Position numbers and translations under genes: made by a program. The notes beneath the pieces were generated by a model. It was not told where the DNA came from. It did not search any database and was given only the letters and a program-made list of their open reading frames with translations. From Nitrospirota bacterium (lineage in GTDB: Bacteria; Nitrospirota; Nitrospiria; Nitrospirales; NS-4), in assembly GCA_963788195.1 (NCBI GenBank), contig CAWBGA010000017.1, positions 288,001-352,000 of the forward strand: DNA of 64,000 bases. The letters run 5' to 3'. Each line of letters opens with the position of its first letter. The first letter of the stretch is position 1. Shown here piece by piece: positions 20,920 to 30,922 of the stretch.

Positions 20920-21915
20920 GTGCGGCAACCTCCAACCTTGAGCACTCGGGCGCGGATTGTCTTCATGGGCACCCCCGAGTTCGCGGTGCCGTCGCTGGAA
21001 GCGCTGTTGCACCCCGACCTTGAAAACGTCGTTCAGGTGGTCGGAGTCGTCACGCAGCCGGATCGCCCCAAGGGTCGCGGACAGCGCCTCCTGCCCCCAC
21101 CGATCAAGCTGCTCGCTGAGCGCCACAGCCTTCCGGTTGTGCAGCCGCCGAAGATGAAAGACCCGGAGTTTCTCGAAACACTCCGCCGATGGGCGCCCGA
21201 TCTCATCGTTGTCACGGCTTTCGGGCGCATCTTGCCGCCGGTGATTTTGGATCTTGCGCCGAAAGGCTGTGTCAACGTCCATGGCTCCCTGCTCCCGAAA
21301 TACCGTGGAGCCGCGCCGATTCAATGGGCCGTCATCAACGGCGAAATTGAAACCGGCATCACGACCATGCTCATGGACCCCGGCATGGATACCGGGCCGA
21401 TGTTAATGAAGGCGTCCCTGGCAATTCTTCCCGAAGAGACGGCGGGGGAGCTGGCCGCCCGGCTCGCCCCTCTTGGCGGCCGGTTACTCACCGAGACCAT
21501 CCGTGGCCTGCTCGAAAACCGCATCACGCCGATTCCCCAGGACTCGTCTCTCGCGACCCTCGCGCCTCTCCTCAAGAAGGAAGACGGCACCTTGGATTGG
21601 GAAAGCGAACCGGTCGCGGTCGTGAACCGTGTCCGCGGGCTGACACCGTGGCCTGGCGCTGCGACTTACTATGGTGAGGAGCGCTGGTTGATCCGGCGGG
21701 CACAGGCCGCAGGCACAGGCGGCGCGGAACCGGGGACGGTCCTCGCGGTGACAAATGATGGGCTACAGGTGGCGGCGGGTACAGGCTCGGTGCTCATCCA
21801 GGAGCTGCAAGCGTCATCCGGCAAACGTCTGGCCATGAAGCAATATCTCGCCGGCCATGCGGTAAAGATCGGTTCGAAGCTGACTCGGGAGCCCGCGCCT
21901 CCTATTGCCAGCTAA
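20920..21915 (+). CDS. fmt: methionyl-tRNA formyltransferase (start may be TTG 20938)
   Basis: FMGTPEFA, VTQPDRPKGRG, NVHGSLLPKYRGAAPIQWA. Confidence 0.97.
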   Translation: MRQPPTLSTRARIVFMGTPEFAVPSLEALLHPDLENVVQVVGVVTQPDRPKGRGQRLLPPPIKLLAERHSLPVVQPPKMKDPEFLETLRRWAPDLIVVTAFGRILPPVILDLAPKGCVNVHGSLLPKYRGAAPIQWAVINGEIETGITTMLMDPGMDTGPMLMKASLAILPEETAGELAARLAPLGGRLLTETIRGLLENRITPIPQDSSLATLAPLLKKEDGTLDWESEPVAVVNRVRGLTPWPGAATYYGEERWLIRRAQAAGTGGAEPGTVLAVTNDGLQVAAGTGSVLIQELQASSGKRLAMKQYLAGHAVKIGSKLTREPAPPIAS

Positions 21916-21942
21916 CAAGGGTTCGGCTATAGTCGAGCGCTG

Positions 21943-22617
21943 ATGTCCGCTGTACGGATCGCCCCATCCATTCTCTCCGCGGATTTCGCGCACCTAGCCG
22001 ATGAGATCGCGGCCGTGGAACAGGCCGGCGCCGACCTGCTCCACGTGGACGTGATGGATGGCCATTTCGTCCCGAACCTGACGATCGGCCCCGTGGTCGT
22101 CGAAGCCATTCGCAAAGTCACGTCGCTGCCCCTCGATGTCCACCTGATGATTACAAACCCCGACGCATACATCGATGAATTCGCAAAAGCGGGGGCCAAT
22201 TACCTGACTGTTCATGTCGAGGCCTGTCCGCATTTGCATCGCACCATACAGTTCATCAAAGAAAAGGGCCTCAAGGCCGGCGTGACCCTGAATCCGGCGA
22301 CGTCGCTCGTGACGATTGAGGCGATTCTCCAGGATGTCGATTTACTGTTAGTCATGTCCGTGAACCCCGGGTTCGGCGGTCAGCTTTTTATTCCGGGAGT
22401 TCTGGACAAGATCCGCCGGGCGCGCGCCTTGATCGGTGCCACGGGTCGGTCGATTCTCTTGGAAGTCGACGGCGGCGTGAAGGTAGACAATGCCGGCGCG
22501 ATTGCGTCGGCAGGCGCGGATATCCTTGTCGCAGGCTCGGCGATCTTCGAAGCACCAGGTTGCGATTACAAGAACACGATCGCCCGACTTCGAGAGGCCG
22601 CGGGGGCCCGACGATGA
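21943..22617 (+). CDS. rpe: ribulose-phosphate 3-epimerase
   Basis: IAPSILSADF, HVDVMDGHFVPNLT, MSVNPGFGGQ, EVDGG. Confidence 0.98.
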   Translation: MSAVRIAPSILSADFAHLADEIAAVEQAGADLLHVDVMDGHFVPNLTIGPVVVEAIRKVTSLPLDVHLMITNPDAYIDEFAKAGANYLTVHVEACPHLHRTIQFIKEKGLKAGVTLNPATSLVTIEAILQDVDLLLVMSVNPGFGGQLFIPGVLDKIRRARALIGATGRSILLEVDGGVKVDNAGAIASAGADILVAGSAIFEAPGCDYKNTIARLREAAGARR

Positions 22618-24245
22618 GCGACCTCAGTGCGCTTGTTGAGAGTCTGCATCCGCACGAGGTGAAGGTGCTGGGCGTCCTCGGCACTGACTCTGGTCATGGG
22701 CTTACCGATGAAGACCTTGCCAAGCAGGCGGGCCTCGAAGTCGCCCAAGTCGGTGCTGCGCTCGGTCGGCTCAAACTCAAGGGGCTTGTTGAGGTGCGCG
22801 ATCAGAAGACCTACCAGATTGTCTCACTGACGGAGATAGGCGAAAGGTACTACCAACACGGCTCGCCTCTGGCCCGCATTATCGGAGCATTGCGGGTCGC
22901 CAAGGAGGACGGCAGGGCCCTTACCATTAAAGACATCCAAGACCGCGAAGGGCTCGCGCCAGGCGATATCAGCGGCATCATCGGACAACTCAAGCAGGAG
23001 GGAGCAATCTTGATAGCCACCGGCGGCGTGGTCAAGCTATCGGAGACGGAGTCGCACATCGCCAAAGCGCTACAAGCTTTGCTCGCCAAAGTCAAAGAGA
23101 TCGGCTCGCGTGATCTGCGCGAGTATGATGCCGCGGAGCAATTACTCATTCAGAAGTTCTCGCAGAAACGAGGCAATGCTGACGAACCATTCCGAGTGGA
23201 TGACCGTATCACCCGTACCTTTTCGCTCACCGAGGTCGGCAAGACCGTTGAGGAAGGAGCGCGTGAAACAGCAGGAGTTACAGAAATATCAGGCACCGCG
23301 AGTGTAACCACAAAAGCTCCGGGAATATCAGGTACAGGCTCAGTCGCGGTCAATCGTCTGACTCCGGAGATGCTGAAGGACGGCAGCTGGAGGAACGTCA
23401 AATTTCGCAAATATACGATGGCCCTGAGTCCCCCCCGCATCGCCATCGGCAAGAAGCATCCTTATCGGGAGTTTCTGGATTTGGTGAAGGCCAAATTTGT
23501 GGGCATGGGCTTCGAAGAAATGCGCGGCCCTCTGGTTGAGAACGAATTCTGGGACATGGACGCGCTTTACATGCCGCAGTTTCATCCGGCGCGCAACATT
23601 CACGACGTGTACTTCGTGAAGGAGCCCACACACTCCACGCCGATTCCGGAACCCTTTTTAAAACGTGTGCAGCAGGCGCACGAGCGCGGCTGGAAGACCG
23701 GGTCAACGGGGTGGGGCTACAGCTTTGACCCCCTACGCACGCGGCGGTTAATCCTGCGCAGCCAGGGTACTGCGGTATCGGCCCGCACCCTCGCGCAAAA
23801 GCCGAAGATTCCCGGCAAGTATTTTTCCATCGCCCGGTGCTTTCGTTACGACCAGGTGGACGCAACGCACGCCTCCGACTTCTATCAGATCGAGGGGATC
23901 GTGCTTGGACCGGATATCAATTTCCGCACGCTGCTGGGATTGCTCAATCTATTCGCGCGCGAGATCGCCCAGGCCCAAGAAAGCCGATTTCTCCCGGCCT
24001 ACTTCCCGTTCACCGAACCGTCGGTGGAATTGCACGTGCGGCACCCCAGGCTGGGCTGGATCGAGCTTGGCGGCGCCGGTCTCTTACGTCCGGAAGTCAC
24101 GCAACCGCTGGGCGTGGACGTACCCGTCATCGCGTGGGGTCTCGGACTCGACCGGATGGCGATGGTCGCTCTTGAGATACATGATATCCGCGACCTCTTC
24201 TCGGCTGATCTGGACATGATCCGAGCCAAGCCCGTTCAGTACTGA
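22614..24245 (+). CDS. pheS: phenylalanine--tRNA ligase alpha subunit, long archaeal/eukaryotic type
   Basis: HPAR..HD, RCFRYDQVDATH, PAYFPFTEPS, WGLGLDRMAM; long N-terminal extension; ATGA overlap with rpe. Confidence 0.95.
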   Translation: MSDLSALVESLHPHEVKVLGVLGTDSGHGLTDEDLAKQAGLEVAQVGAALGRLKLKGLVEVRDQKTYQIVSLTEIGERYYQHGSPLARIIGALRVAKEDGRALTIKDIQDREGLAPGDISGIIGQLKQEGAILIATGGVVKLSETESHIAKALQALLAKVKEIGSRDLREYDAAEQLLIQKFSQKRGNADEPFRVDDRITRTFSLTEVGKTVEEGARETAGVTEISGTASVTTKAPGISGTGSVAVNRLTPEMLKDGSWRNVKFRKYTMALSPPRIAIGKKHPYREFLDLVKAKFVGMGFEEMRGPLVENEFWDMDALYMPQFHPARNIHDVYFVKEPTHSTPIPEPFLKRVQQAHERGWKTGSTGWGYSFDPLRTRRLILRSQGTAVSARTLAQKPKIPGKYFSIARCFRYDQVDATHASDFYQIEGIVLGPDINFRTLLGLLNLFAREIAQAQESRFLPAYFPFTEPSVELHVRHPRLGWIELGGAGLLRPEVTQPLGVDVPVIAWGLGLDRMAMVALEIHDIRDLFSADLDMIRAKPVQY

Positions 24246-24260
24246 CTCCAAGAATTCCAG

Positions 24261-25956
24261 ATGCCGACAATCTTGATATCACGTGCTGACTTCGAAGGCC
24301 TCATCGGCAGGCGCGCGGCCGACAAAGACGTCGACGCATGGCTTTCGCTGGCCAAGGCCGAACTCAAAGACAGCGACACTGCGACCGGGGAGTTGCGTAT
24401 AGAGTTGCAGGACTCGAATCGTCCCGATTTGTGGTGTGTGGAAGGAATCGCCCGCCAGGTCCGCTGCAAGCTGAAAGGACGTCCCTCCGCTTATCCTTAT
24501 TTACAGGCGACAAAGGGCCGCCGTGACCAGGTGCTGGTCCAAAAAGGTCTGGAGCAACTGCGGCCGTTCGTTGCCGCCTGTAAAGCGCGTGGGTATGTCG
24601 TGACCGCCGCAGGCTTGACCCAGCTCATCCAGACACAGGAAAAGCTTGCCGAGGTGTACGGACGAAATCGCCGCACAGTATCCATCGGGCTCTACCGGCT
24701 CGCGCCGATCCAGTTCCCCGTGACCTACGCACTCGTCGACCCTGAGAGCACAAAGTTTCGTCCTCTCGGCATTGACGACCTGATGAGCCTGCGTGAAATT
24801 CTGTCACTCCACCCGAAGGGAATCGAGTACGGTGCGATTCTTGAGCGCCAGGACCGGTTTCCGCTATTACACGACGCCAAGGGAGAGGTCCTCTCCTTCC
24901 CGCCGATCATTAACAGCCAGGACCTGGGTGAGGTGCGCGCGGGCGATTCGGATCTGTTTGTCGAGGTCACAGGCACCGACCTTCAGATGGTCATGCTGGC
25001 CTTAAATATCTTTGCGGCTAATCTTCACGATCGCGGCGCCAAGATTGAGCCGGTGGATGTGGTGTATCCTTATAAGACACACTTCGGCCGCTCGGTCCGT
25101 ATGCCGCAGCACTTTGCTCCTCCCCGCGTCATTACCCGGACCCAGATTGCCGACGCGCTTGGAATCGCCGCTTTCCATGGCGGAAATCCGATCCAGTCTG
25201 ACCTCCTACGGCTACAGTCTGAGCGGCACCGGCGAAAAGGTGACCGTGAAACTGCCGGCTTATCGGAACGACCTCATGCATCCGGTGGACGTCGTGGAAG
25301 ATGTCGCGATCAGCCGTGGCTATGGCAGCTTTTCCCCCATCATGCCGTCGGCCTTTACGGTCGGTGGGTTGACGCGGATCGAGCAATTGTCCGACAAGAT
25401 CCGCGAATTGATGGTCGGCTCAGGCTTTCAGGAGATCGTGTCGAATATTCTCGGTTCCCGTGAAGATTTCGTGCACAAGATGCGTCTCTCTCCCCAAGAG
25501 CCCGAAAGCCACCTCGTCGAAATCGACAATGTCATGTCGCAGAGCGTCGAAGCTCTTCGTCGCTGGATTCTCCCCTCGCTTTTGCGGGTAGAGACGACCT
25601 CTTCACGCAGCTTTTATCCGCACTTTTTGTATGAGGTCGGTGAAGTCGCCGTTCCGGATCGCGCCGCCGAGACCGGCAGCCGCACTGAGGTTCGGATCGG
25701 GGCCTTGTGCGCTCACGCCACCGCCAACTTCTCCGAAACGCATTCTTTTCTGGACATCCTGTGTTTTTACCTTAAGAAACCGTATACCCTCAGACCCGCG
25801 GCTCATCCCTCCTTCATGGATGGACGCGCGGCCCAGATTATTTATGACACTACCGCTATCGGTTGGATCGGAGAGCTTCACCCCGAGGTCTTGGAGCGCT
25901 GGCAAATTAACATGCCATGCAGCATGTTTGAGGCGACTGTGAACGCGCTGCTCTAG
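24261..25956 (+). CDS. pheT: phenylalanine--tRNA ligase beta subunit, archaeal type (frameshift near 25160)
   Basis: MPTI, NRPDLWCVEGIAR, LSFPPIINS; then P.YRND.MHPVDVVEDVAI.RGY and GELHPEVL in the next frame. Confidence 0.93.
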
Positions 25957-26744
25957 TCTTTGGGCGGCGCTGGAATGGGAGGCTTAGGGTCTGGCGACGC
26001 TGGAAGAGAGGGCTTTGGGTCCGGCGACGTCGGGACAGGAGGCTTTGGGTCTGACGACGCCGGGAGAGGGGACTTAGGGTCTGGCGACTCTGGAGACGAT
26101 TGCTTCTCGGGGGAAAGATACGGGTCTGCGTTGAAGTACTCCTCGCGCAAAAGGCGGGTGCTCTTCGCACTGACCATTCGCCCTACGTCGCTGGTCGGCG
26201 TCGGCACCTGGCCGCCGAGTCTGACGATCGAATCTCGGATATCAGCCAATTCCAGGACGGCAACGCCGTCCATTTTTGCCTCAGGATTCGCGTACTCCGT
26301 CTCAATGACCTTCCATGCTTTAAAATAGGCGGCGAGCGCCGGTTGAATGTATCCTCTGCGATCGAGCGCGCCGGCGAGTTCTTCATAGATCGATTCTGCT
26401 TGTGCGGGAGCGACACTCACGGCAGCTACGTACCGCGAGACCCCTTCCACTACCCTTTTTTTCTCAATCGCCTTTTTGCCGGCCCCGCGGAGACGCTCCG
26501 CACACTTTGCCTGTGCAGGCGTTGGCTGAGCCCGAAGCTTCTTGAGAACCGGAACAGGCGCTTCAGTAATAATCAACAGGGGCGATCCGCTCTTGTCGAC
26601 AGGTCGATCCAGGCCTGGGCAGGGGTTCCCCTGAGGCTCGCCCGCGGTCTTCGCCGATGTCGCGGCTTGGAGAGGTCGGCTCTCCGGTGCAAGGAGAGAG
26701 AGGAAACATCCGAAGGCCAGCAGTCCTACGAGACGGATGGGCAT
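25953..26744 (-). CDS. hypothetical exported protein with Pro-rich C-terminal repeats
   Basis: Signal peptide; starts directly after the rplT stop; 4 x 10-aa S(P/S)DPK repeats. Confidence 0.7.
   Translation of the reverse strand: MPIRLVGLLAFGCFLSLLAPESRPLQAATSAKTAGEPQGNPCPGLDRPVDKSGSPLLIITEAPVPVLKKLRAQPTPAQAKCAERLRGAGKKAIEKKRVVEGVSRYVAAVSVAPAQAESIYEELAGALDRRGYIQPALAAYFKAWKVIETEYANPEAKMDGVAVLELADIRDSIVRLGGQVPTPTSDVGRMVSAKSTRLLREEYFNADPYLSPEKQSSPESPDPKSPLPASSDPKPPVPTSPDPKPSLPASPDPKPPIPAPPKD
25968..26087 (-). repeat. 30-nt coding tandem repeat x4
   Basis: SPDPKSPLPA / SSDPKPPVPT / SPDPKPSLPA / SPDPKPPIPA. Confidence 0.85.
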
Positions 26745-26745
26745 G

Positions 26746-27114
26746 TTAGGTCGCCTCCTGGCGTTGTTGGCCTTTCACCGAATCGACCAGGTGCGTGAAC
26801 CCAGCCGGGTCGCGGATGGCCATATCGGATAAGACCTTCCGATCGAGGGTGATGCCCGCCTTCTTGAGGGCGTGAATAAACCGTGAATACAGGATTCCAT
26901 GGATGCGACACGCCGCGGTAATTCGGGTGATCCAGAGCCTTCGAAAATCCCGCTTCCGGTTGCGACGATCGCGGTATGCGTACACTTGCGCCTTGTCCAC
27001 TGCTTCTGTCGCCGTGCGGAAGAGTTTGCTCTTCGCGCCATAGTAGCCTTTGGCAAGTTTAAGTCGCTTTTTGTGACGTGCGCGGGTCTTTGTCCCGCCT
27101 TTCGCGCGTGGCAT
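26746..27114 (-). CDS. rplT: 50S ribosomal protein L20
   Basis: [33 protein letters not shown]. Confidence 0.98.
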   Translation of the reverse strand: MPRAKGGTKTRARHKKRLKLAKGYYGAKSKLFRTATEAVDKAQVYAYRDRRNRKRDFRRLWITRITAACRIHGILYSRFIHALKKAGITLDRKVLSDMAIRDPAGFTHLVDSVKGQQRQEAT

Positions 27115-27137
27115 GCGTTCAGTCTCCTCTTAACGTC

Positions 27138-27341
27138 CTAGGTATGTGGTAACAGCGCCTTGATGCGGTAGACATCACCGGGCGCCACTGGAACCGAGCG
27201 CCCGAGCCGGCGCTTCCGGCCCGGTCGTTTACTCGTCAAGATATGCCGGGCATTGGCCTGGCGCCGCATCAACTTGCCGGTGCCGGTGCGGCGAAACCGT
27301 TTCTTGACGCCTTTATGGGTTTTTAGCTTTTGTTTTGCCAT
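27138..27341 (-). CDS. rpmI: 50S ribosomal protein L35
   Basis: KLKTHKGVKKRFRRTGTGK, HILTSK. Confidence 0.97.
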   Translation of the reverse strand: MAKQKLKTHKGVKKRFRRTGTGKLMRRQANARHILTSKRPGRKRRLGRSVPVAPGDVYRIKALLPHT

Positions 27342-27349
27342 GATCTTCT

Positions 27350-27582
27350 CCATTACACCCACCCGCCAAGCCGAGCTTGCTCGACCCGAAGGCCCGATGG
27401 TTATTTAAGGCCGCCGGGATAGTTTTTCTGTCTGCAGTCTCCAGTTTCGCCCGCCCTGAAATCCTATTGCACCCACCCGCCCCAAGCCTGCCGAGACAGG
27501 CTTTTGTCCCGTAGGACAGATTTCTTTTCCCCTGTCACCCACCCAGCCCTGGGATGCGCCGAGACGCATCCCTTTGCCGGCA
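27350..27582 (-). repeat. mosaic intergenic repeat cluster B between infC and rpmI
   Basis: Module B 27374-27424; units 27468-27510 and 27535-27580; an interrupted outer unit spanning 27448-27532. Confidence 0.9.
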
Positions 27583-27627
27583 CCATTTTACGCGCGGTAT
27601 CTCTGCAGACACTTGACAGTCTTCGCA

Positions 27628-28137
27628 CTACTTGGGCGCCACGACCATCACCAGAAACCGTCCCTCTTGCCGTGGAGGCTGTTCGATCTGGCCGGTTTCA
27701 CCAATCAGCGCGACCACCTTCTCCATGACGGCGCGACCCATCTGTTGATAGGCCATCTCACGCCCGCGAAATGTCACCGTCACTTTCGCCTTGTTTCCGT
27801 CTGCGAGAAACTCTTTCATCTGGCGGACCTTGGTTTCCAAATCGTGCTGGTCGGTCCGTGGCCTGAGCTTGACTTCCTTGACGTGCGTGCTTTTCTGATG
27901 CGCCTTGGCGGTATGGGTCTTCTTATTAAGCTCATACTTATATTTGCCGAAATCCATGATCTTGCAGACAGGGGGTTGCGCGGTCGGCGCCACTTCCACA
28001 AGATCGTACCCCATATCCTCCGCTTTTTTTAAAGCCTCTGCCGTGGTCAGAATCCCAAGTTGTTCACTCTCAGGCCCAATAACGCGAATCGGGCTGATCC
28101 TGATCTCTCTATTAACCCTCAGCTTTTGAACTGCGAT
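27628..28137 (-). CDS. infC: translation initiation factor IF-3, non-canonical ATC start
   Basis: Frame extends 41 codons above ATG 28014 (IAVQKLRVNREIR..IRVIG); AAGGAGAGG SD before ATC 28137; DLVEVAP...PPVCKIMDFGKYKYE. Confidence 0.95.
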   Translation of the reverse strand: MAVQKLRVNREIRISPIRVIGPESEQLGILTTAEALKKAEDMGYDLVEVAPTAQPPVCKIMDFGKYKYELNKKTHTAKAHQKSTHVKEVKLRPRTDQHDLETKVRQMKEFLADGNKAKVTVTFRGREMAYQQMGRAVMEKVVALIGETGQIEQPPRQEGRFLVMVVAPK

Positions 28138-30097
28138 TGGGCACCTCTCCTTTCAGCACAGGTTCACTGCCAATAGAGGGATGCAGATCCCGTTGCTGGA
28201 CCTCTCGTGTCAACAGGTCCACGAAGGTCTCGATACTGTGGCTGCCGGCATTAATGCCCCCGCGCCGTCGGATCGACACCTCACCTTTTTCTACTTCGCG
28301 GTCTCCCACGACGAGCATGTAGGGGATCTTCGCCCGCTCCGCCTCTCGAACTTTGAAACCCATTTTCTCACTACGCAAGTCGGCTTCCACGCGGAACCCC
28401 GCATCCCCTAACCGCCGGGCCAGGGCGTCGGCATAGTCCTTGTGCTTGTCGGTGATCGAGATGACGAGCGCCTGGACTGGAGCGAGCCATGTTGGAAACG
28501 CTCCGGCATAGTGCTCCACGAGGATGCCGAAGAATCGTTCGATGGATCCCATTAAGGCGCGGTGGATCATGATCGGCTGGTGTGCGTGTCCATCCTCCCC
28601 CGTATATTCGAGTCCGAACCGTTCCGGATTGTTGAAGTCGACCTGCACAGTCGAGCACTGCCACGATCGGCCCAGCACATCTTTGATCTTGATGTCGATT
28701 TTCGGCCCATAAAACACACCCTCGCCGGGATCAATACTGTAGGGGATTCCGCGACTATGAAGCGCCGCCTCGAGGGCGGCGGTCGCCTGGCCCCAGGCTT
28801 CTTCCGACCCAACCGCTTTCGGCGGCCGGGTCGAGACATACACCTGATATTCCGAAAATCCGAAGGTCTTGAGCACAAAGAACGTGAAGTCCAGCACCTT
28901 CGCGACCTCGGCTTCAATCTGCTCCGGGCGGCAGAACAGATGCGCGTCGTCCTGCGTGAAACCGCGCACGCGCATCAAGCCGTGCAGCACCCCCGAGCGC
29001 TCGTAGCGATACACGGTACCAAGTTCGGCATACCGCTGCGGCAGGTCCCGATAGCTGCGTAATCGCGACTTATAAATCATGATGTGAAAGGGACAGTTCA
29101 TCGGCTTGAGCTGATACTCGGTCGCCTCCACCTGCATCGGAGCAAACATGTTTTCGCGGTAGAATTCCGTATGGCCGCTCGTCTTCCATAGATCCAAGCG
29201 CGCGACATGGGGCGAATAGACCAATTCATATCCTTGCTTCACGTGCTGCTCGCGCCAGAAGTTCTCAATCTGCAGGCGGATGGTGGACCCCTTCGGCAGC
29301 CACAAGATGAGTCCCGGGCCCACCTCGTCGGTCATCGATATTAATTCGAGCTCCTTGCCGACCTTTCGGTGATCGCGTTTCTTGATCTCTTCGAGCTTGT
29401 GCAGGTAGGCGTCCAGCGCCTTCTTGGTGGGAAACGAGGTCCCGTATATCCGCTGAAGCATCGGGTTGCGCTCATCGCCCCGCCAATAAGCGCCGGCAGA
29501 GGTTAACAGTTTGATCGCATGGATGCGTCCCGTCGAGGGGACGTGCGGACCTCTGCACAGATCGACAAGGCCCCCCTGGTCATATGCTGAGATCGTCTCA
29601 TCGGCAAAGCCCTCGATCATTTCGCACTTGTAATCTTCGCCGCTCTTTTTGAAGAACTCCATAGCGTGTGACCGGCTCATCTCCATGCGCACGAACGGCC
29701 GGTCAGCGCTGATGATCTCCTGAATTCGGGTTTCGATCTTCTCCAGATCTTCGGGCGTAAACGGCCGCTCGTAGGCGAAATCGTAATAAAAGCCTTCGTC
29801 GATGGCAGGACCGATGGTGAGTTTGGCCGTGGGGAACAGCTCCTTGACGGCCTGCGCCATGATATGCGAGCTACTGTGACGATAGACCTCTTTCCCCTCT
29901 GGCATATCAAAGGTGACCGGCGCAATCGCAGCGTCAGCCTCAAGTCGGTAGGCTAAATCCACCGGCTTCCCGTCCACAAGGGCCGCAATGACTTCGCCAG
30001 ACCCTTCGATGTGAGCGAGAGCCTCGCCAACGGTCGTCCCCTTGGAAGTCTTTTGGATTCTTCCGTCGAGGAAGGTGACGGTGATCAAATCGGTCAT
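28112..30097 (-). CDS. thrS: threonine--tRNA ligase
   Basis: RHSSSH, DLCRGPHVPSTG, KRDHRK, KPMNCPFH, RVRGFTQDDAH, GPKID. Confidence 0.98.
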   Translation of the reverse strand: MTDLITVTFLDGRIQKTSKGTTVGEALAHIEGSGEVIAALVDGKPVDLAYRLEADAAIAPVTFDMPEGKEVYRHSSSHIMAQAVKELFPTAKLTIGPAIDEGFYYDFAYERPFTPEDLEKIETRIQEIISADRPFVRMEMSRSHAMEFFKKSGEDYKCEMIEGFADETISAYDQGGLVDLCRGPHVPSTGRIHAIKLLTSAGAYWRGDERNPMLQRIYGTSFPTKKALDAYLHKLEEIKKRDHRKVGKELELISMTDEVGPGLILWLPKGSTIRLQIENFWREQHVKQGYELVYSPHVARLDLWKTSGHTEFYRENMFAPMQVEATEYQLKPMNCPFHIMIYKSRLRSYRDLPQRYAELGTVYRYERSGVLHGLMRVRGFTQDDAHLFCRPEQIEAEVAKVLDFTFFVLKTFGFSEYQVYVSTRPPKAVGSEEAWGQATAALEAALHSRGIPYSIDPGEGVFYGPKIDIKIKDVLGRSWQCSTVQVDFNNPERFGLEYTGEDGHAHQPIMIHRALMGSIERFFGILVEHYAGAFPTWLAPVQALVISITDKHKDYADALARRLGDAGFRVEADLRSEKMGFKVREAERAKIPYMLVVGDREVEKGEVSIRRRGGINAGSHSIETFVDLLTREVQQRDLHPSIGSEPVLKGEVPNRSSKAEG

Positions 30098-30128
30098 CTT
30101 TTCCGATGCGACGGCCACAATGGCTCTC

Positions 30129-30173
30129 TCCACCCACCCACCCTGGTCGCGCCAAGACGCGCCCTTCTGCCCC
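30129..30173 (-). repeat. single G-tract/hairpin unit in the thrS 5' leader
   Basis: GGGG CAGAA GGGCGCG TCTTGG CGCGACC A GGGTGGGTGGGTG on the minus strand. Confidence 0.85.
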
Positions 30174-30224
30174 TCAAAAAAAGGGCTTCCTGCGACCGTG
30201 GATGCCCCGGGGTGATCAGTCTTT

Positions 30225-30270
30225 TGGCAGGCGAGGACAGTCTCAAACCGTCGAGCCCGACCGTGTCAAG
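30225..30270 (-). repeat. degenerate duplicate of the tRNA-Val 3' half (att-like scar)
   Basis: 38/46 ungapped identities with 30768-30813, from the anticodon loop to CCA. Confidence 0.85.
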
Positions 30271-30380
30271 TGCAGCTACGTACTTGATGGACTAGACAAT
30301 GCCATTGGAAAATGCCGTGTCCTCACAGCGCGTTCATCAGCAGCGACAGATAGTATCTGATTGGTACCCGACAGTCAACG

Positions 30381-30737
30381 GTGTACCTCTTGCCTTGCGT
30401 CCTTGATGCACAACCTTTGGGCAGGCCATCGAAGCTACTTCTGCTTAGGCAGACTCCCGCGATTCCTCGATTCATTTTCGTGAGACCTTTCACCGTCCCA
30501 CGCACCCGGCGAGGGAATCTGCAAGTGGGTGACGCGATCCAGGCTGCGACGCCGCGCGCGACTTGCTTGCCCTTGGCGGAGCGCCGGCAGCAGCCGATCG
30601 CGGCAGGACCCACGGAGCAGATTCCTGAGACCCCCGTTCACATGGGGCAACTGATCGATCGTCAGCAGCATGTCCAAGCCAGTTCAGTGCGAATGCCGGC
30701 GATTAAGACGTGGTACGAGGAGGAGCCGAATCGATGA
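30381..30737 (+). CDS. hypothetical protein or remnant between tRNA-Val and its duplicate
   Basis: ORF only; no recognised motif, start uncertain. Confidence 0.3.
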   Translation: MYLLPCVLDAQPLGRPSKLLLLRQTPAIPRFIFVRPFTVPRTRRGNLQVGDAIQAATPRATCLPLAERRQQPIAAGPTEQIPETPVHMGQLIDRQQHVQASSVRMPAIKTWYEEEPNR

Positions 30738-30767
30738 CGCTTGGTCTGGAAGCTTGGGATGGATGGG

Positions 30768-30842
30768 TGGTAGGCGCGGACGGTCTTGAACCGTCGACCT
30801 CTACCGTGTCAAGGTAGCGCTCTCCCCCTGAGCTACGCGCCT
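30768..30842 (-). tRNA. tRNA-Val(GAC)
   Basis: AGGCGCGTAGCTCAGGGGGAGAGCGCTACCTTGACACGGTAGAGGTCGACGGTTCAAGACCGTCCGCGCCTACCA cloverleaf. Confidence 0.97.
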
Positions 30843-30922
30843 ACTAGCCGCCCGTCATGCTATTACGTAAGGGTACAGGTTGTCAAGGCAGTCCTGAGTG
30901 AACCGGGTATCAAAAAGCTGTT

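Noticed and set aside
24261..25956. pheT, cysN, sulfite reductase and glgP as true pseudogenes or programmed frameshifts
   Set aside because: pheT is essential, motifs are intact, no common slippery site was seen, and breaks are widespread; assembly error is more parsimonious.
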